Assembly: GCA_963705305.1 (NCBI GenBank)
Contig: OY970067.1
Coordinates: 2,336,001 to 2,400,000 of the forward strand
Direction: 5' to 3'
From: an uncultured Methylomirabilota bacterium
GTDB lineage: Bacteria > Methylomirabilota > Methylomirabilia > Methylomirabilales > 2-02-FULL-66-22
DNA: 64,000 nt
The translations under genes and the position numbers were made by a program. Shown here one piece after another: positions 9,648 to 19,480 of this stretch (position 1 is the stretch's first letter; each line of letters opens with the position of its first letter). The notes beneath the pieces were generated by a model that worked only from the letters and a program-made list of their open reading frames with translations, searched no databases and was not told the DNA's origin.

Positions 9648-10550
9648 ATGACAGCAAAAGCGAGGAACAACGAAAGAACCCTGGAGAAGCAGGCCAAGGA
9701 AATGCTGCGGGGAGCCATCGATTTCCATATCCATTCCGGTCCTGACATCTATCCCCGCCTGCTCAGCGATATCGAGGTGGCTCGCCAGGCGAAGCGGGCG
9801 GGGATGGCTGCGGTTCTGATCAAGAGCCACGTCACCATCAGCGCAGACCGGGCACAGATCGCCCAGGCCGTCACCGGCTTCCCGGTGTTTGGCGGGGTGG
9901 CGCTCAATTGGCCGGTCGGGGGACTCAACAAGTACGCGGTGGATTGCGCGGCGAAACTTGGTGCCCGTCAGGTCTGGATGCCCACGACCCATGCCGCCTA
10001 TTATCTGAAACATGTGAACCACGTCCCGATGTTCGCGAAGACCATGCCCAAAGACATCCGGGGAATTTCCATCCTCGGCGAGGACGGCAGCCTGGTCCCG
10101 GAGGTGGGGCCCGTGCTGGAGGCGATTGCCCGCCACGGGATGATCCTGGCCACCGGGCATCTCTCTCCGGAAGAAGGGCTGGCGCTCATTCGCGAGGCGA
10201 GGAGAGCCGGGGTCGAAAAGATCGTCGTCACCCACCCGCTGGCCACCTTCGTTAATTATTCGCTCGACCAGATGCGGGAAGCGCTCGTTGCGGGAGCCAC
10301 GTATCTGGAGCATGTCTTCAATGACTGCACGCGCCAGGTGTCCCATCCGATTCCGCCCAGCGCCTTGGGGGATGCCATCAAGGCCATAGGACCAGAGCAC
10401 TGCATCATGTCCACCGACTCGGGCCAGGTGGTCAACCCGCGACCGGTCGAGATGATGGCTTGGTACATTCGGGAAATGCTGCAGTACGGACTCCCGGCCC
10501 GGGCCATTCGCACGATGATCAAGACCAATCCGGGCAGGATTCTGGCGTGA
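9648..10550 (+). CDS. Amidohydrolase-fold metalloprotein (DUF6282-like)
   Basis: DFHIHSGPD, IKSH, VWMPT, LATGH, VTHP, STDSGQ, NPGRIL. Confidence 0.8.
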   Translation: MTAKARNNERTLEKQAKEMLRGAIDFHIHSGPDIYPRLLSDIEVARQAKRAGMAAVLIKSHVTISADRAQIAQAVTGFPVFGGVALNWPVGGLNKYAVDCAAKLGARQVWMPTTHAAYYLKHVNHVPMFAKTMPKDIRGISILGEDGSLVPEVGPVLEAIARHGMILATGHLSPEEGLALIREARRAGVEKIVVTHPLATFVNYSLDQMREALVAGATYLEHVFNDCTRQVSHPIPPSALGDAIKAIGPEHCIMSTDSGQVVNPRPVEMMAWYIREMLQYGLPARAIRTMIKTNPGRILA

Positions 10551-11108
10551 CGGGAATGGCGGAGGCGAGCGGGGGCCTAGCAGGCTTTTAGATTCTACTG
10601 GTCTGCTCATGGCCTCCGGACGTTGGCGCGTCGGCGTCTCCTTCGCGAGGCGCGACGGGTTCAGGGCACCGACACTCTCCGCATCCGTCTGCCATCTCCT
10701 TGTGCCACCTCCGCGGCCCGGCGATCCTGGCCTGGGACAACGGGAAGGTCCGCGCGGGGCCGAGCGTGCTCGTCCTTTGCGCCGCCTTCTCGTGCCTGAA
10801 ATGGGCGACCTTCCCGCCCAATGCCTCCCACGTGAAATCGCAATAAGATGAGAGGGGCCAGACGTTCGGGAGCTTCCCACCCGCCGGCGCTACCTCTTCA
10901 AAGTGTGTCGCCCGAGACCGTTTCCTGCCAAAAGTATCCACATCCGTCCAGCCTTGCGTTGACAGCCAGTTAGGCGGAATCGCCGGCCGGAAGCGGTCCG
11001 GGTGGCCGCCCGGTCAGGAGACGGCGAGCCGGTACCGCCGGGCCCGGAGTCACCACAAGACCGCTGATTCGTTGCGGTTAGGGGGCCGGGATGGGAGTGG
11101 GGCGATTC

Positions 11109-11124
11109 CGGCACGCCGGATGCT
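11109..11124 (+). promoter_or_regulatory. Putative sigma-54 (-24/-12) promoter
   Basis: CGGCACGCCGGATGCT vs consensus TGGCACG-N4-TTGCW, GG/GC spacing correct, ~40 nt before ATG11162. Confidence 0.55.
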
Positions 11125-11161
11125 TGGGAAGGAGCGCAGTCGACGCAAGAAAGGGGGGGCC

Positions 11162-11587
11162 ATGGGCGTGACGGCAGTCGGCGCCTCCGCAGATCGGACC
11201 CGGGTCTTGGTGGTGGACGACAATCCAAGCGTCCGCGAGATGGTCCTGCGGGGGTTTCGACAGATCGGGTGGCAAGCCGACGGGGCCGCAGATGGCCTGG
11301 AGGCGCTGGCGTGCCTTCGGCACGAGGGGTACGACGTCATCGTCAGCGACTTTGAGATGCCTCGCCTGAATGGCCTCGGTCTGCTCCGGGAGGTCCGGCG
11401 AGGAGGCGCTTCGCCGCCGCTGGTGATCCAGACGACCCTCCTGGACCCCACGTTGGAGTCCCTGCTCCTGGGGGCAGGGGCCTTCCGCGTCGTGATGAAG
11501 GGGTCCCCCATCGGGGACTTGGTGGGATCGGTCGAGGAGGTGTGTAGAGTGGCGCACGCCTCTGTCGGTTCGCACGGGCCGGGATGA
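11162..11587 (+). CDS. Single-domain response regulator (CheY-like)
   Basis: VLVVDDN, DGLEAL, VSDFEMPRLNGL, conserved Thr and Lys; no output domain. Confidence 0.85.
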   Translation: MGVTAVGASADRTRVLVVDDNPSVREMVLRGFRQIGWQADGAADGLEALACLRHEGYDVIVSDFEMPRLNGLGLLREVRRGGASPPLVIQTTLLDPTLESLLLGAGAFRVVMKGSPIGDLVGSVEEVCRVAHASVGSHGPG

Positions 11588-11835
11588 CGCGAGTGCCTCG
11601 CTCTGCCGCGGGCGGATCGCCGTGAACGGAGGGAAGAGCACGCTCCCGCGCCCGAAATCTGCGGGGGAGGCTTCCGGCATGCGACAGGCCGTGGCCCCTG
11701 AATGCGGCTCGGGCGCGGATGGCATCCATGAGTCCCGCATCGGTGCGGCCCGGGGGCTTCTCGCGGGTGGCGAGAGAGTCCCGAGGATCAGTTCCACCCG
11801 TCTGGATCGGCGCACAGCCGTAGGAGGATTGTTTC

Positions 11836-12258
11836 ATGCGTGGAATGCGAGTAGTGACGGCGCTCTTGGCCGCAGGCTCTCTGGTGCTGGCCGGGTCGGC
11901 CTTTGCGGCCACGGAGACCAGCCAGGCTCCGGCGGCCGCCAAGACGGCAAGCACCGCCGTGGAGGCCACCAAGGCCCCGGCGTCCCACATGGAGCGCGAG
12001 GCCCATCACATCGTCAGGGGTGAGGTGACGGAGGTGGACGCCACGACCCGGACGCTGGCCGTCAGAACCGCCAGGCACAAGAAGGAGCTGACCGTCGAGA
12101 TGCAGGTTCCGGAGAAAACGGTCATACGCGAAGGCAAAACCAGCAAGACCCTGGCGGACATTCAGGTCGGAAACCAAGTGTGGGTGAAGTACGACAGGAC
12201 CTCCAAGGAGAATTCCGCCGACACCATTCACATCCTGAAGAGCAAGCCCAAGGCGTAA
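11836..12258 (+). CDS. Exported protein with low-complexity linker and probable OB-fold beta-barrel
   Basis: Signal peptide ending SAFA, AGGAGG RBS, GEVTEVD...LADIQVGNQVWVKY pattern. Confidence 0.75.
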   Translation: MRGMRVVTALLAAGSLVLAGSAFAATETSQAPAAAKTASTAVEATKAPASHMEREAHHIVRGEVTEVDATTRTLAVRTARHKKELTVEMQVPEKTVIREGKTSKTLADIQVGNQVWVKYDRTSKENSADTIHILKSKPKA

Positions 12259-12386
12259 AACATGGCTGCCAAATAGCAGGGGAGGAGGGCAGCCGTAGTG
12301 GCCCCGGACCCGCGCAGAGGGGGCTACCCCCCTGCGGGTCCGAGTGCCGTTTCTACATGGCCACCCCCCTAGGTTCGGGACAGGTG

Positions 12387-13025
12387 ATGCGGCCGAGACC
12401 AGGTGCAGGCGACGGAGACTCGCGCGAGGTGCACGACAGCGGGGGCCCCGAGACTCCCCGGGCGTCCAGCCGGCGCCCGCTCCCCCGCACGGGGCTCGCC
12501 GGGGGAGCGGCTGCAGCAGCTGTCGTTCTGCTCGTCACCGGGTGGCTGGCGGTCACGTCGCTCACGATCGAGTCGGGCTCGATGATGGGCACCCTGCGGC
12601 CGGGCGATCGGATTCTGGTCAGCCGACTTTCCTATCGTCTGCATGCCTTCCGGCGAGGGGACATCATCGCTTTCCGATACCCCCAGGAGGAAGCCCGGAT
12701 ATTCATCAAGCGCGTGATCGCCCTGCCGGGGGATGTGGTTGAAGAGACCCACGGCCGCTTCTATGTCAATGGGCACCCGGCCGTGCGGGCGACGACGATC
12801 CGGGATGCCGACGACACGGACCCGCAGGCCGCCATGGCGGCATGGTCAATCTCACCGGGCCAACTGTTCGTCCTGGGGGACAACCGGGGGGCCAGCCTGG
12901 ACAGCCGATTCTGGGGGACGGTGGACGTGCGGAAGGTCGTCGGCAGGGCCATGCTCATCTATTGGTCTCAGGGGAGAGGCTGGTGGGACATCCGCTGGGA
13001 TCGGGTCGGGCGCTGGCTGCGCTGA
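12387..13025 (+). CDS. lepB: Signal peptidase I (start uncertain, 12357 or 12387)
   Basis: SGSMMGTLRPGDRILV (catalytic Ser), FIKRVIALPGD (catalytic Lys), VLGDNRGASLDSRFWG. Confidence 0.9.
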   Translation: MRPRPGAGDGDSREVHDSGGPETPRASSRRPLPRTGLAGGAAAAAVVLLVTGWLAVTSLTIESGSMMGTLRPGDRILVSRLSYRLHAFRRGDIIAFRYPQEEARIFIKRVIALPGDVVEETHGRFYVNGHPAVRATTIRDADDTDPQAAMAAWSISPGQLFVLGDNRGASLDSRFWGTVDVRKVVGRAMLIYWSQGRGWWDIRWDRVGRWLR

Positions 13026-13498
13026 GCCCGGTGCCGGCGGCCGGCCCGCCGCTCTCCTCTCCCCCTTCCTCAACTTTTCGGCCCGATGCGGCCGGGATCT
13101 TCTTCGCCGATCGGGCCCCCGCCGCGTCTGGCGGGTGCGACATCGATCAGCACCGACCGGCCTGGGCGAATCCCCTCGGCACCTTAAGAACGATTCCGCT
13201 GCGGCAGGCTCGAGTCGAGCGATGGGCCGGCCGCCTCGCCGCCCGTCTCGGTCGGCTGACTGCCCGAGCGGACAATCGCCGGGGCCGCAGATTTCCCCTT
13301 GACCTTGAAGAGCCAGGGGAAATACATTCTGCCGGCCGGTATCCGGAATGCCCGACTGGATTCTGTATCGGGCATGCATGGACGGGGCGGAACGATGCGG
13401 AGTGCGCGCCGCCGACGACAGGTGGCGCCCGTCCCGAATGGTCCCCGTTGGCGGCCGTCCAAGCCGCCGGCGACACCCGTGTGTTCTCGGAGGATACA

Positions 13499-14695
13499 AT
13501 GCGGTCCGATGAGCCGTTGGCCCTGCTGAAAGGGGTTCGCATTCTCAGTTTCACGCAGTTCCTCCTCGGGCCGGCCGGCGTGCAGTACCTCGCCGACATG
13601 GGGGCGGATGTCATCAAGATCGAGCCGCCGGGGGGAAAACTGTTCGAGCGCAACTGGGCGGGCTGCGACCAGTTCTTGAACGGGGTGAGCGCATTCTTCC
13701 TCTGCGCGCATCGCAATCAGCGCAGCCTGACGCTGGATCTGAAGCGGCCCGAAGGCGTGGCGGTGGCGAAACGGCTGGTCGCCGGGGCGGACGTGCTGGT
13801 GCAGAACTTTCGTCCCGGGGTCATGCGGCGGCTGGGACTGGGGTACGAGGACGTAGCGCCGCTCAACCCCTGCCTCATCTACGCCTCCGCGTCGGGGTAC
13901 GGGGAAGCCAGCACCTATCGGGAGCGGCCGGGGCAAGACCTGCTGATTCAGGCGATGAGCGGTCTTGCCAGCATCTCGGGGCGGGCGGGACAGCCCCCCA
14001 CGGCGGTGGGCGGGCCGGTCGTTGACCAGCACGGAGCCGCCCTGTTGGCCATGGGTGTCCTGGCCGCCCTGTTTGATCGCACCCGGACCGGTAAAGGGCA
14101 GCGCATCGAGGTGACCATGCTTCGCGCCGCGCTCGATCTGCAGATGGAAGTGCTGAGCTATTACCTGAATGGCGCCACCCTGCGGAAGAGCCCGACAAGC
14201 CTCGCCAGCATGATCCACCCGGGGCCGTACGGGATCTACGAGACGCGGGACGGCTGGATGGCGCTATCGATGTCGCCCCTGCCGGTGCTGCAAGAGGTCC
14301 TGCAAGTTCCCGCGCTGGAGCCGCTGGCCAGCCAGCGGTACAACCACGCCGCGCGCGAGCAGGTTGCCCGGATCCTCGAGCCGGTCATGCGGACGCGGAC
14401 GACCGCCGAGTGGATCGAGTATCTGGTTCCAAAGGGAATCTGGGCGGCTCCCGTGCAGGATTACGACGCGGTGCTCGCCGATCCGGCCGTCCAGGAGGCG
14501 GATGTCACGGAAGAGGTGGAGCATCCGATTGCCGGCCGGATCCGGCTGCTGCGCTTTCCACTGACATTTTCCGGCGGCCGGGCCGGAACGCGGCGAGTCC
14601 CGCCAACGCCGGGCGAGCACGGGCGGGAGATCCTGCGCGAGCTGGGATACAGCGACGCCGAGGTGGGCGCCCTCGCCCGGCAGCAGGTCATCTGA
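13499..14695 (+). CDS. Class III CoA-transferase (CaiB/BaiF family)
   Basis: LADMGADVIKIEPP, RNQRSLTLDLK, ADVLVQNFRPGVM, PGQDLLIQAMSG; ATG13499 after GGAGG. Confidence 0.93.
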   Translation: MRSDEPLALLKGVRILSFTQFLLGPAGVQYLADMGADVIKIEPPGGKLFERNWAGCDQFLNGVSAFFLCAHRNQRSLTLDLKRPEGVAVAKRLVAGADVLVQNFRPGVMRRLGLGYEDVAPLNPCLIYASASGYGEASTYRERPGQDLLIQAMSGLASISGRAGQPPTAVGGPVVDQHGAALLAMGVLAALFDRTRTGKGQRIEVTMLRAALDLQMEVLSYYLNGATLRKSPTSLASMIHPGPYGIYETRDGWMALSMSPLPVLQEVLQVPALEPLASQRYNHAAREQVARILEPVMRTRTTAEWIEYLVPKGIWAAPVQDYDAVLADPAVQEADVTEEVEHPIAGRIRLLRFPLTFSGGRAGTRRVPPTPGEHGREILRELGYSDAEVGALARQQVI

Positions 14696-14774
14696 GCCGG
14701 CGGCGGGCCGCGCCGGCAGCCACTCGGGACGGACCAGAGCACGGATCCGGGGCTCGCGGGAGAGGAACAGATGA

Positions 14775-14804
14775 TTGACAAGGGATCGGGGAGTGTGCTA
14801 GCTC
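14775..14804 (+). promoter_or_regulatory. Putative sigma-70 promoter
   Basis: TTGACA-18 nt-TAGCTC with TG upstream of the -10. Confidence 0.4.
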
Positions 14805-14850
14805 TTACTCCCCCTCCCTCCCATCCTTTTTTCAGGGGAGCTGTGGTGCC

Positions 14851-15207
14851 GTGACCACCAGGATCCAGAGATGGCCGTCGTCGATCAGGTGGACACTCCT
14901 GCTCTTGGTCTTCCTGGTCTTCAACTCCTACCTGGATGTGCAGATCCTGGGCCTTGACGGATCGTACCCCCGCATGACCTTGAAGGCGCCTTGGCCGGAG
15001 GATGAGTCGTCGGCGGAGGCCGTTCTCCCGATCCAGGATGCCAGTGCGCCCGGCGTTCCGGAGCCGACCGCACGAATAATCTGCAGCCGATGGACTCCTC
15101 CTTTGCCTTCCGGGCTCTGCGTTCAATCACGGTGCCGCCGCATTCTGCGGCGACCCGCGCGAACCCGCAGCTCCCGAAGCGGCTCTCTTTCGTCCGATCC
15201 CGTCTGA
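14851..15207 (+). CDS. Small hypothetical protein with N-terminal TM helix and Arg/Ser-rich tail
   Basis: GTG after GGGGAG, hydrophobic WTLLLLVFLVF, fills gap between promoter and TRAP operon. Confidence 0.5.
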   Translation: MTTRIQRWPSSIRWTLLLLVFLVFNSYLDVQILGLDGSYPRMTLKAPWPEDESSAEAVLPIQDASAPGVPEPTARIICSRWTPPLPSGLCVQSRCRRILRRPARTRSSRSGSLSSDPV

Positions 15208-15276
15208 CGCGTCCCCTCGCACTCTGGGTGTTTGTGCCTTTCCTTATTTTCCTCTTCACAGCGGAAGGAGAATGCG

Positions 15277-16293
15277 ATGCTCACTCGACGTGCGTTCCTG
15301 ATTCGGTCGACAGCCGCCGGCCTTGGCGCCGCGGTTCTGGGGACCACACGAAGCGGACGCGCCGCGGAGGTCCGGACGTTCACCTTCGGTCACGACCAGC
15401 CCGCCGGCACCGCCTACACCGTCTGCGCGCAACTGCTCGACAAGAAGCTGTCGGATCTGAGCGGGGGCACCCTGCGGGTCAAGGAGTTTGGCAACGGCGC
15501 GCTGGGGCAGGAGCCCGAGATGGCGCAGAAAGTGCGCCAGGGCGACATCGACTTTGCCATCAACTCCACCGCCAACACCTCGGCCACCGTGCCGCAATCG
15601 GGGGTGTTCTCCCTGCATTTCATCTTCCAGGACGAGGCGCACCTCGCCAAGGCCGTGAGCGACCCCACCATCAATGCGACCTTTAAGAAAATGATCACGG
15701 ACAATGTGACGGGGGCGTTCTCGCTGGGGCTGATGAGTCTGGGCATGCGGAACATGTACGCGAAGTTCGCCATCGGAGGGCTAGCCGATGTGACGGGGAA
15801 AAAGGTGCGGGTCCAGGCCACCAAGACCGAGGACACCTTCTTCGGTCAGGCGTACAAGGCGATCCCGGTGCACATGCCCTTCGGACAGGTCTTCACGTCC
15901 CTCGAGACCGGCCTCGTGCAGATTGCGGAGAACGGCAACGACAACTACCTCAAGGCGAAACACTACGAGGCCGCGCCCGTCCTGAACAAGACCGAGCACG
16001 AGGCGAACAATTTCCACCTGTGGATGAGCCAGAAGACGTGGGGCAGCCTCAATGATCAGCAGCGGAAGTGGGTTGTCGAGGCTGCCGAGTACGCTCGGCC
16101 GCTGGCGACGCAAAGGGCCCTCGAGCTGGGCTCGGCGGCCGTGAAGACACTCCAGGGCCTCGGGGTGAAGTGGAACGACCAGGTGGACAAGAAGAGCATG
16201 GTGACCGTGGCCACGCCTTTCCAGGATTCCCTGGCGAAGGAATTGGGCCCCTATTCGGTGCAGCTTCTCAGCCTGGTTCGGAACCTGAAATAA
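15277..16293 (+). CDS. dctP: TRAP transporter substrate-binding protein DctP with twin-arginine signal
   Basis: TRRAFL, GKKVRVQ, MPFGQVFTSLETGLVQIAEN, KHYEAA; AAGGAG RBS. Confidence 0.92.
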   Translation: MLTRRAFLIRSTAAGLGAAVLGTTRSGRAAEVRTFTFGHDQPAGTAYTVCAQLLDKKLSDLSGGTLRVKEFGNGALGQEPEMAQKVRQGDIDFAINSTANTSATVPQSGVFSLHFIFQDEAHLAKAVSDPTINATFKKMITDNVTGAFSLGLMSLGMRNMYAKFAIGGLADVTGKKVRVQATKTEDTFFGQAYKAIPVHMPFGQVFTSLETGLVQIAENGNDNYLKAKHYEAAPVLNKTEHEANNFHLWMSQKTWGSLNDQQRKWVVEAAEYARPLATQRALELGSAAVKTLQGLGVKWNDQVDKKSMVTVATPFQDSLAKELGPYSVQLLSLVRNLK

Positions 16294-16294
16294 G

Positions 16295-16882
16295 ATGGCG
16301 ACCGTCGGCAACGGGGAAACTTCCGGGGCGCCGAAGCCCCGCGTGACGGTGAAGGCGTTTCGGCACCTGAAGTGGCCCGTGCTCGATCCGCTCGAGCGGG
16401 GGCTCATGGTCCTGTGCGCGCTGCTGCTGCTCGGCTTCACGCTGGTCGAACTGGCAGACGTCACGCTTCGGACCCTGCATCGCCCCTGGCTGGATGCAGC
16501 CGAGTTTGCCAGCGGATTCTTCACCTGGGGTGTGTTCCTGGGCATGGGAGTGGCTGTACGGCGGGACCAGCACTTCCGGCTGACCGCCGTCAGCCAATCC
16601 CTCCACGGCACGAAGCGGCTCCTGATCGAAATCGCCAATCGCCTGGTGGTCCTGGGAGTGGCCGCCTGCATGATGGTGTTTGGATACAAGAATTACCTGG
16701 ACAGCTTCGGGACGTTCCTGATGCCTTCGATCACCCCCATCGCCGTGCTGACTGCGGCGATCCCCACCGCGGGCGGGCTCATCGCCCTGTTCGTGATCGA
16801 AGAGCTCATCAACGGATGGCGCCGCGGCTTCGAGCCCCCGGAGGGGGCGCAGGCCGGACCCGGCCCCGTTCCGGTTCTCTGA
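16295..16882 (+). CDS. dctQ: TRAP transporter small permease DctQ
   Basis: Four TM segments, FLGMGVAVRRDQHFRL, lies between dctP and dctM. Confidence 0.88.
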   Translation: MATVGNGETSGAPKPRVTVKAFRHLKWPVLDPLERGLMVLCALLLLGFTLVELADVTLRTLHRPWLDAAEFASGFFTWGVFLGMGVAVRRDQHFRLTAVSQSLHGTKRLLIEIANRLVVLGVAACMMVFGYKNYLDSFGTFLMPSITPIAVLTAAIPTAGGLIALFVIEELINGWRRGFEPPEGAQAGPGPVPVL

Positions 16883-16895
16883 AAGCGGATCGGGT

Positions 16896-18248
16896 ATGGA
16901 TCACAATTCGATTGCCCTGATTGTGATGGTGACGGTGTTCCTGTATCTCGGATACCAGGGGGTTCCCGTCGCCTTCTCCCTGTGCAGCGGCGCGATCGTC
17001 GCCACGGCCTTTTTCACGCCGATCTCGCTGCCCTCCATCATGGGCGAGCTGTTCAACGGCATCAACAAACTCGAATTCCTGGCCATCCCGTTCTTCCTCC
17101 TGGCCGGGGACGTCATGACGCAGGCCAACGTCACCGAGAATCTCATCCGGTTCGCCCAGGTGCTCGTGGGTCATTTCCGCAGCGGGCTCGCCCACGTGGT
17201 CAGCGTCTCCAGCATGATCTTCGCCGGGATCTCCGGCTCCATGACGGCCGACACCGCGGCCATCAGCACGGTCGTGATGCCGTACATGGAGAAGGAGGGG
17301 TATCCGCCGGCCTTCTCGGCGGCGCTCGTCGCCGCCGCGTCGACGATTGCCGCGATGGTCCCGCCCAGCATCATGGCCATCGTGTACGGGGCGGTGGGCA
17401 ACGTGTCCATCACCGGGCTGTTCCTGGGGGGAGCCGTGCCGGGCTTCATGGTCGGCATCGGCCTGATGACGTACAGTTACTTCTTCGGTCCACCCGGGAT
17501 TAAGAAGCGGCGTGCGACCCTCGGCGAAATCGGGATCGCGGCGCGGGCGGCGATCCTCCCGTTGATGATTCCCATCATCATCGTGGGGGGGGTGGTGAGC
17601 GGCATCTTCACGCCCGCCGAGGCGGGCATGGTGGCTGTCACGTACATCCTGGTCGTGCTCCTGCCCATATTGAACCGCCGGCACATCCGGAGCCTGCCCC
17701 GCGATTTCATGGAGGCGGCGGTGCTGTATTCCCTCCCCATGTCCGCGGTGGCGGCCGCCTCGACCGTCGGGTGGCTGATTGCCTACCTGGGGGGCCCGGA
17801 CATCGTGGACGGCTGGATCATGGCGGCATCCGGGGGGAACCGGATCATCATCATGTATCTCTTGGTGCTCGCCCTGACCATCGCGGGCGACTTCCTGGAT
17901 GGCGTTCCGGCGATCGCGATCTTCATGCCCATCATCGCCTCGTTGGAGAAGGTGGCGCATATCCATCCCGTGCACATGGGAGTGCTCATCATCGTGAGCT
18001 TGGCCTTCGGCCTGATCACCCCCCCGTACGGGCTCATCCTTCTCCTGTCTTCCACGCTGGCCGGGGTGTCGTTCCTCAAGGCCCTGCGGCAATCCGTCCC
18101 CTTGTACGGCGTATATTTCCTGGTGATCACGCTGATCATCATCTTTCCCGACGTTGCCCTCTGGCTGCCTCGGCACGTACTTCCCCAGTCGGTGGGCTGC
18201 TTCCCGAATCCGAGCGGGGCCGGGTACATCTGTCCGCCCATCCAGTAA
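16896..18248 (+). CDS. dctM: TRAP transporter large permease DctM
   Basis: LAIPFFLLAG, GISGSMTAD, MVPPSI, FTPAEAG, ITPPYG. Confidence 0.93.
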   Translation: MDHNSIALIVMVTVFLYLGYQGVPVAFSLCSGAIVATAFFTPISLPSIMGELFNGINKLEFLAIPFFLLAGDVMTQANVTENLIRFAQVLVGHFRSGLAHVVSVSSMIFAGISGSMTADTAAISTVVMPYMEKEGYPPAFSAALVAAASTIAAMVPPSIMAIVYGAVGNVSITGLFLGGAVPGFMVGIGLMTYSYFFGPPGIKKRRATLGEIGIAARAAILPLMIPIIIVGGVVSGIFTPAEAGMVAVTYILVVLLPILNRRHIRSLPRDFMEAAVLYSLPMSAVAAASTVGWLIAYLGGPDIVDGWIMAASGGNRIIIMYLLVLALTIAGDFLDGVPAIAIFMPIIASLEKVAHIHPVHMGVLIIVSLAFGLITPPYGLILLLSSTLAGVSFLKALRQSVPLYGVYFLVITLIIIFPDVALWLPRHVLPQSVGCFPNPSGAGYICPPIQ

Positions 18249-18286
18249 GAGCGGAGCCCCGGGACGAGCGCTCGCAACGGCCTCGG

Positions 18287-18994
18287 TCAGCCCCGGCCGG
18301 TCCAGGCGAATCCCGCCAGCAGCACCGCCACGATGCCGGTCAGGAAGACGCCGTCGAAAGTCCCCGCACCCCCGATGGAGGCCACGGGAGCGTTCAGCGC
18401 CTGGACGGATCCAAGATTCAAGAGATCGGCTCCGATGAGGGTTCCCAACGTCCCGGAGATATAGGCGGTCCGCGGGGTGGCGCGCCGGTCCAGCAGGATG
18501 GCCGCCCCGGCGGCCGTCAGGGCGGGGAGCAGCGGCGGCAGGGTGACCCCCACGCCGGCCACGGGCTGTGCCAGGAGGTGGGTCGCCACCGTCACCACGC
18601 CCAGGGCCAGCAGCAGGCGCCGGTTGGCGCCGTAGCGGGCCAGCAGGTACGTGCAGAGGAGGACGGGAATCACGGCGCCCCCCACGTTCACCGCGATGAT
18701 GGTGCGCTGGTGATCCACGACGCTGGGCACGACGTACTGCATGCCGAAGAGCTGGATGACCTGGGCCTCCACCACGCGCTGGGCCGGGATCTCGGCGACG
18801 GGGATGTTGATGGCGCTCCCCAGGAGGGAGGCGAACAATATCGCAAGGGCGGCCCGATGGCTCAGCCCCAGCCGTTCGTAGGCGTAATCGATCAGGTGGA
18901 ACACCAGCAGGAGCAGCAGGAAGCCCAGCAACAGGAAGAAGAAGAGCGTGTACAGCGGCGGGTGCGGGAAGAAGTGCAGCTCGTACGGATGCAT
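18287..18994 (-). CDS. DUF1614 family membrane protein
   Basis: GSAINIPV, IAVNVGGAVIP, AYISGTLGTLIGADLLNL, ASIGGAGTFDGVFLTG. Confidence 0.85.
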   Translation of the reverse strand: MHPYELHFFPHPPLYTLFFFLLLGFLLLLLVFHLIDYAYERLGLSHRAALAILFASLLGSAINIPVAEIPAQRVVEAQVIQLFGMQYVVPSVVDHQRTIIAVNVGGAVIPVLLCTYLLARYGANRRLLLALGVVTVATHLLAQPVAGVGVTLPPLLPALTAAGAAILLDRRATPRTAYISGTLGTLIGADLLNLGSVQALNAPVASIGGAGTFDGVFLTGIVAVLLAGFAWTGRG

Positions 18995-19039
18995 GGCGCC
19001 TCCGCGTGTCCGACCCCGGACAGAGCCGGGTGATGCCGC

Positions 19040-19480
19040 CTAGCCGACCCCGCCGAAGAGGCCGAACAGCAGCACCGAGAACACGATCAGCGTGATGGCG
19101 ACGTACAGCCGGTCGCGCTGCTCCAGAAAGAAGAAGACGGAGAGTGCGACGCGGATGACCGGGGTGGCGATGAGCAGGAGGATGCCCAGACCGATGATGG
19201 CGTACGGCTTCCCCGCTGCCGCGCCGCTGAGGACGGCGGCCAGCGAGGAGGGAAAGTAGCCGGGACCGCGGTCCTGCCGGTAGGCGATCAGATCGGACAG
19301 ATGGTGGGGGAGCACCGGGGCATAGCCGGTGTTGTGGTTGAGGGCGAACAGCGCGATCCCGGTCAGGATCACCGCCGCGCTCAGCAGGACCCCGATCAGC
19401 AGGGTGTGGCTGATCACCAGCTCCATGCGGGTGAGTTTCTCCAGGCCCTCGTGGTCGGATCCGTTCGGCGCCGGCGTCAT
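19040..19480 (-). CDS. DUF1634 family membrane protein
   Basis: LGILLLIATPVIRV, RDRLYVAIT; ATGA overlap with TauE gene, its usual partner. Confidence 0.85.
   Translation of the reverse strand: MTPAPNGSDHEGLEKLTRMELVISHTLLIGVLLSAAVILTGIALFALNHNTGYAPVLPHHLSDLIAYRQDRGPGYFPSSLAAVLSGAAAGKPYAIIGLGILLLIATPVIRVALSVFFFLEQRDRLYVAITLIVFSVLLFGLFGGVG

Noticed and set aside
10577..10586. CTAGCAGGCT identical to the MITE left junction
   Set aside because: Only 10 bp, with no matching right end or internal similarity; could be chance or a relic.
10588..10941. Minus-strand ORF(s) in the large intergenic gap
   Set aside because: No motifs; the internal ATG has the SD-like AAGGAG with zero spacing.
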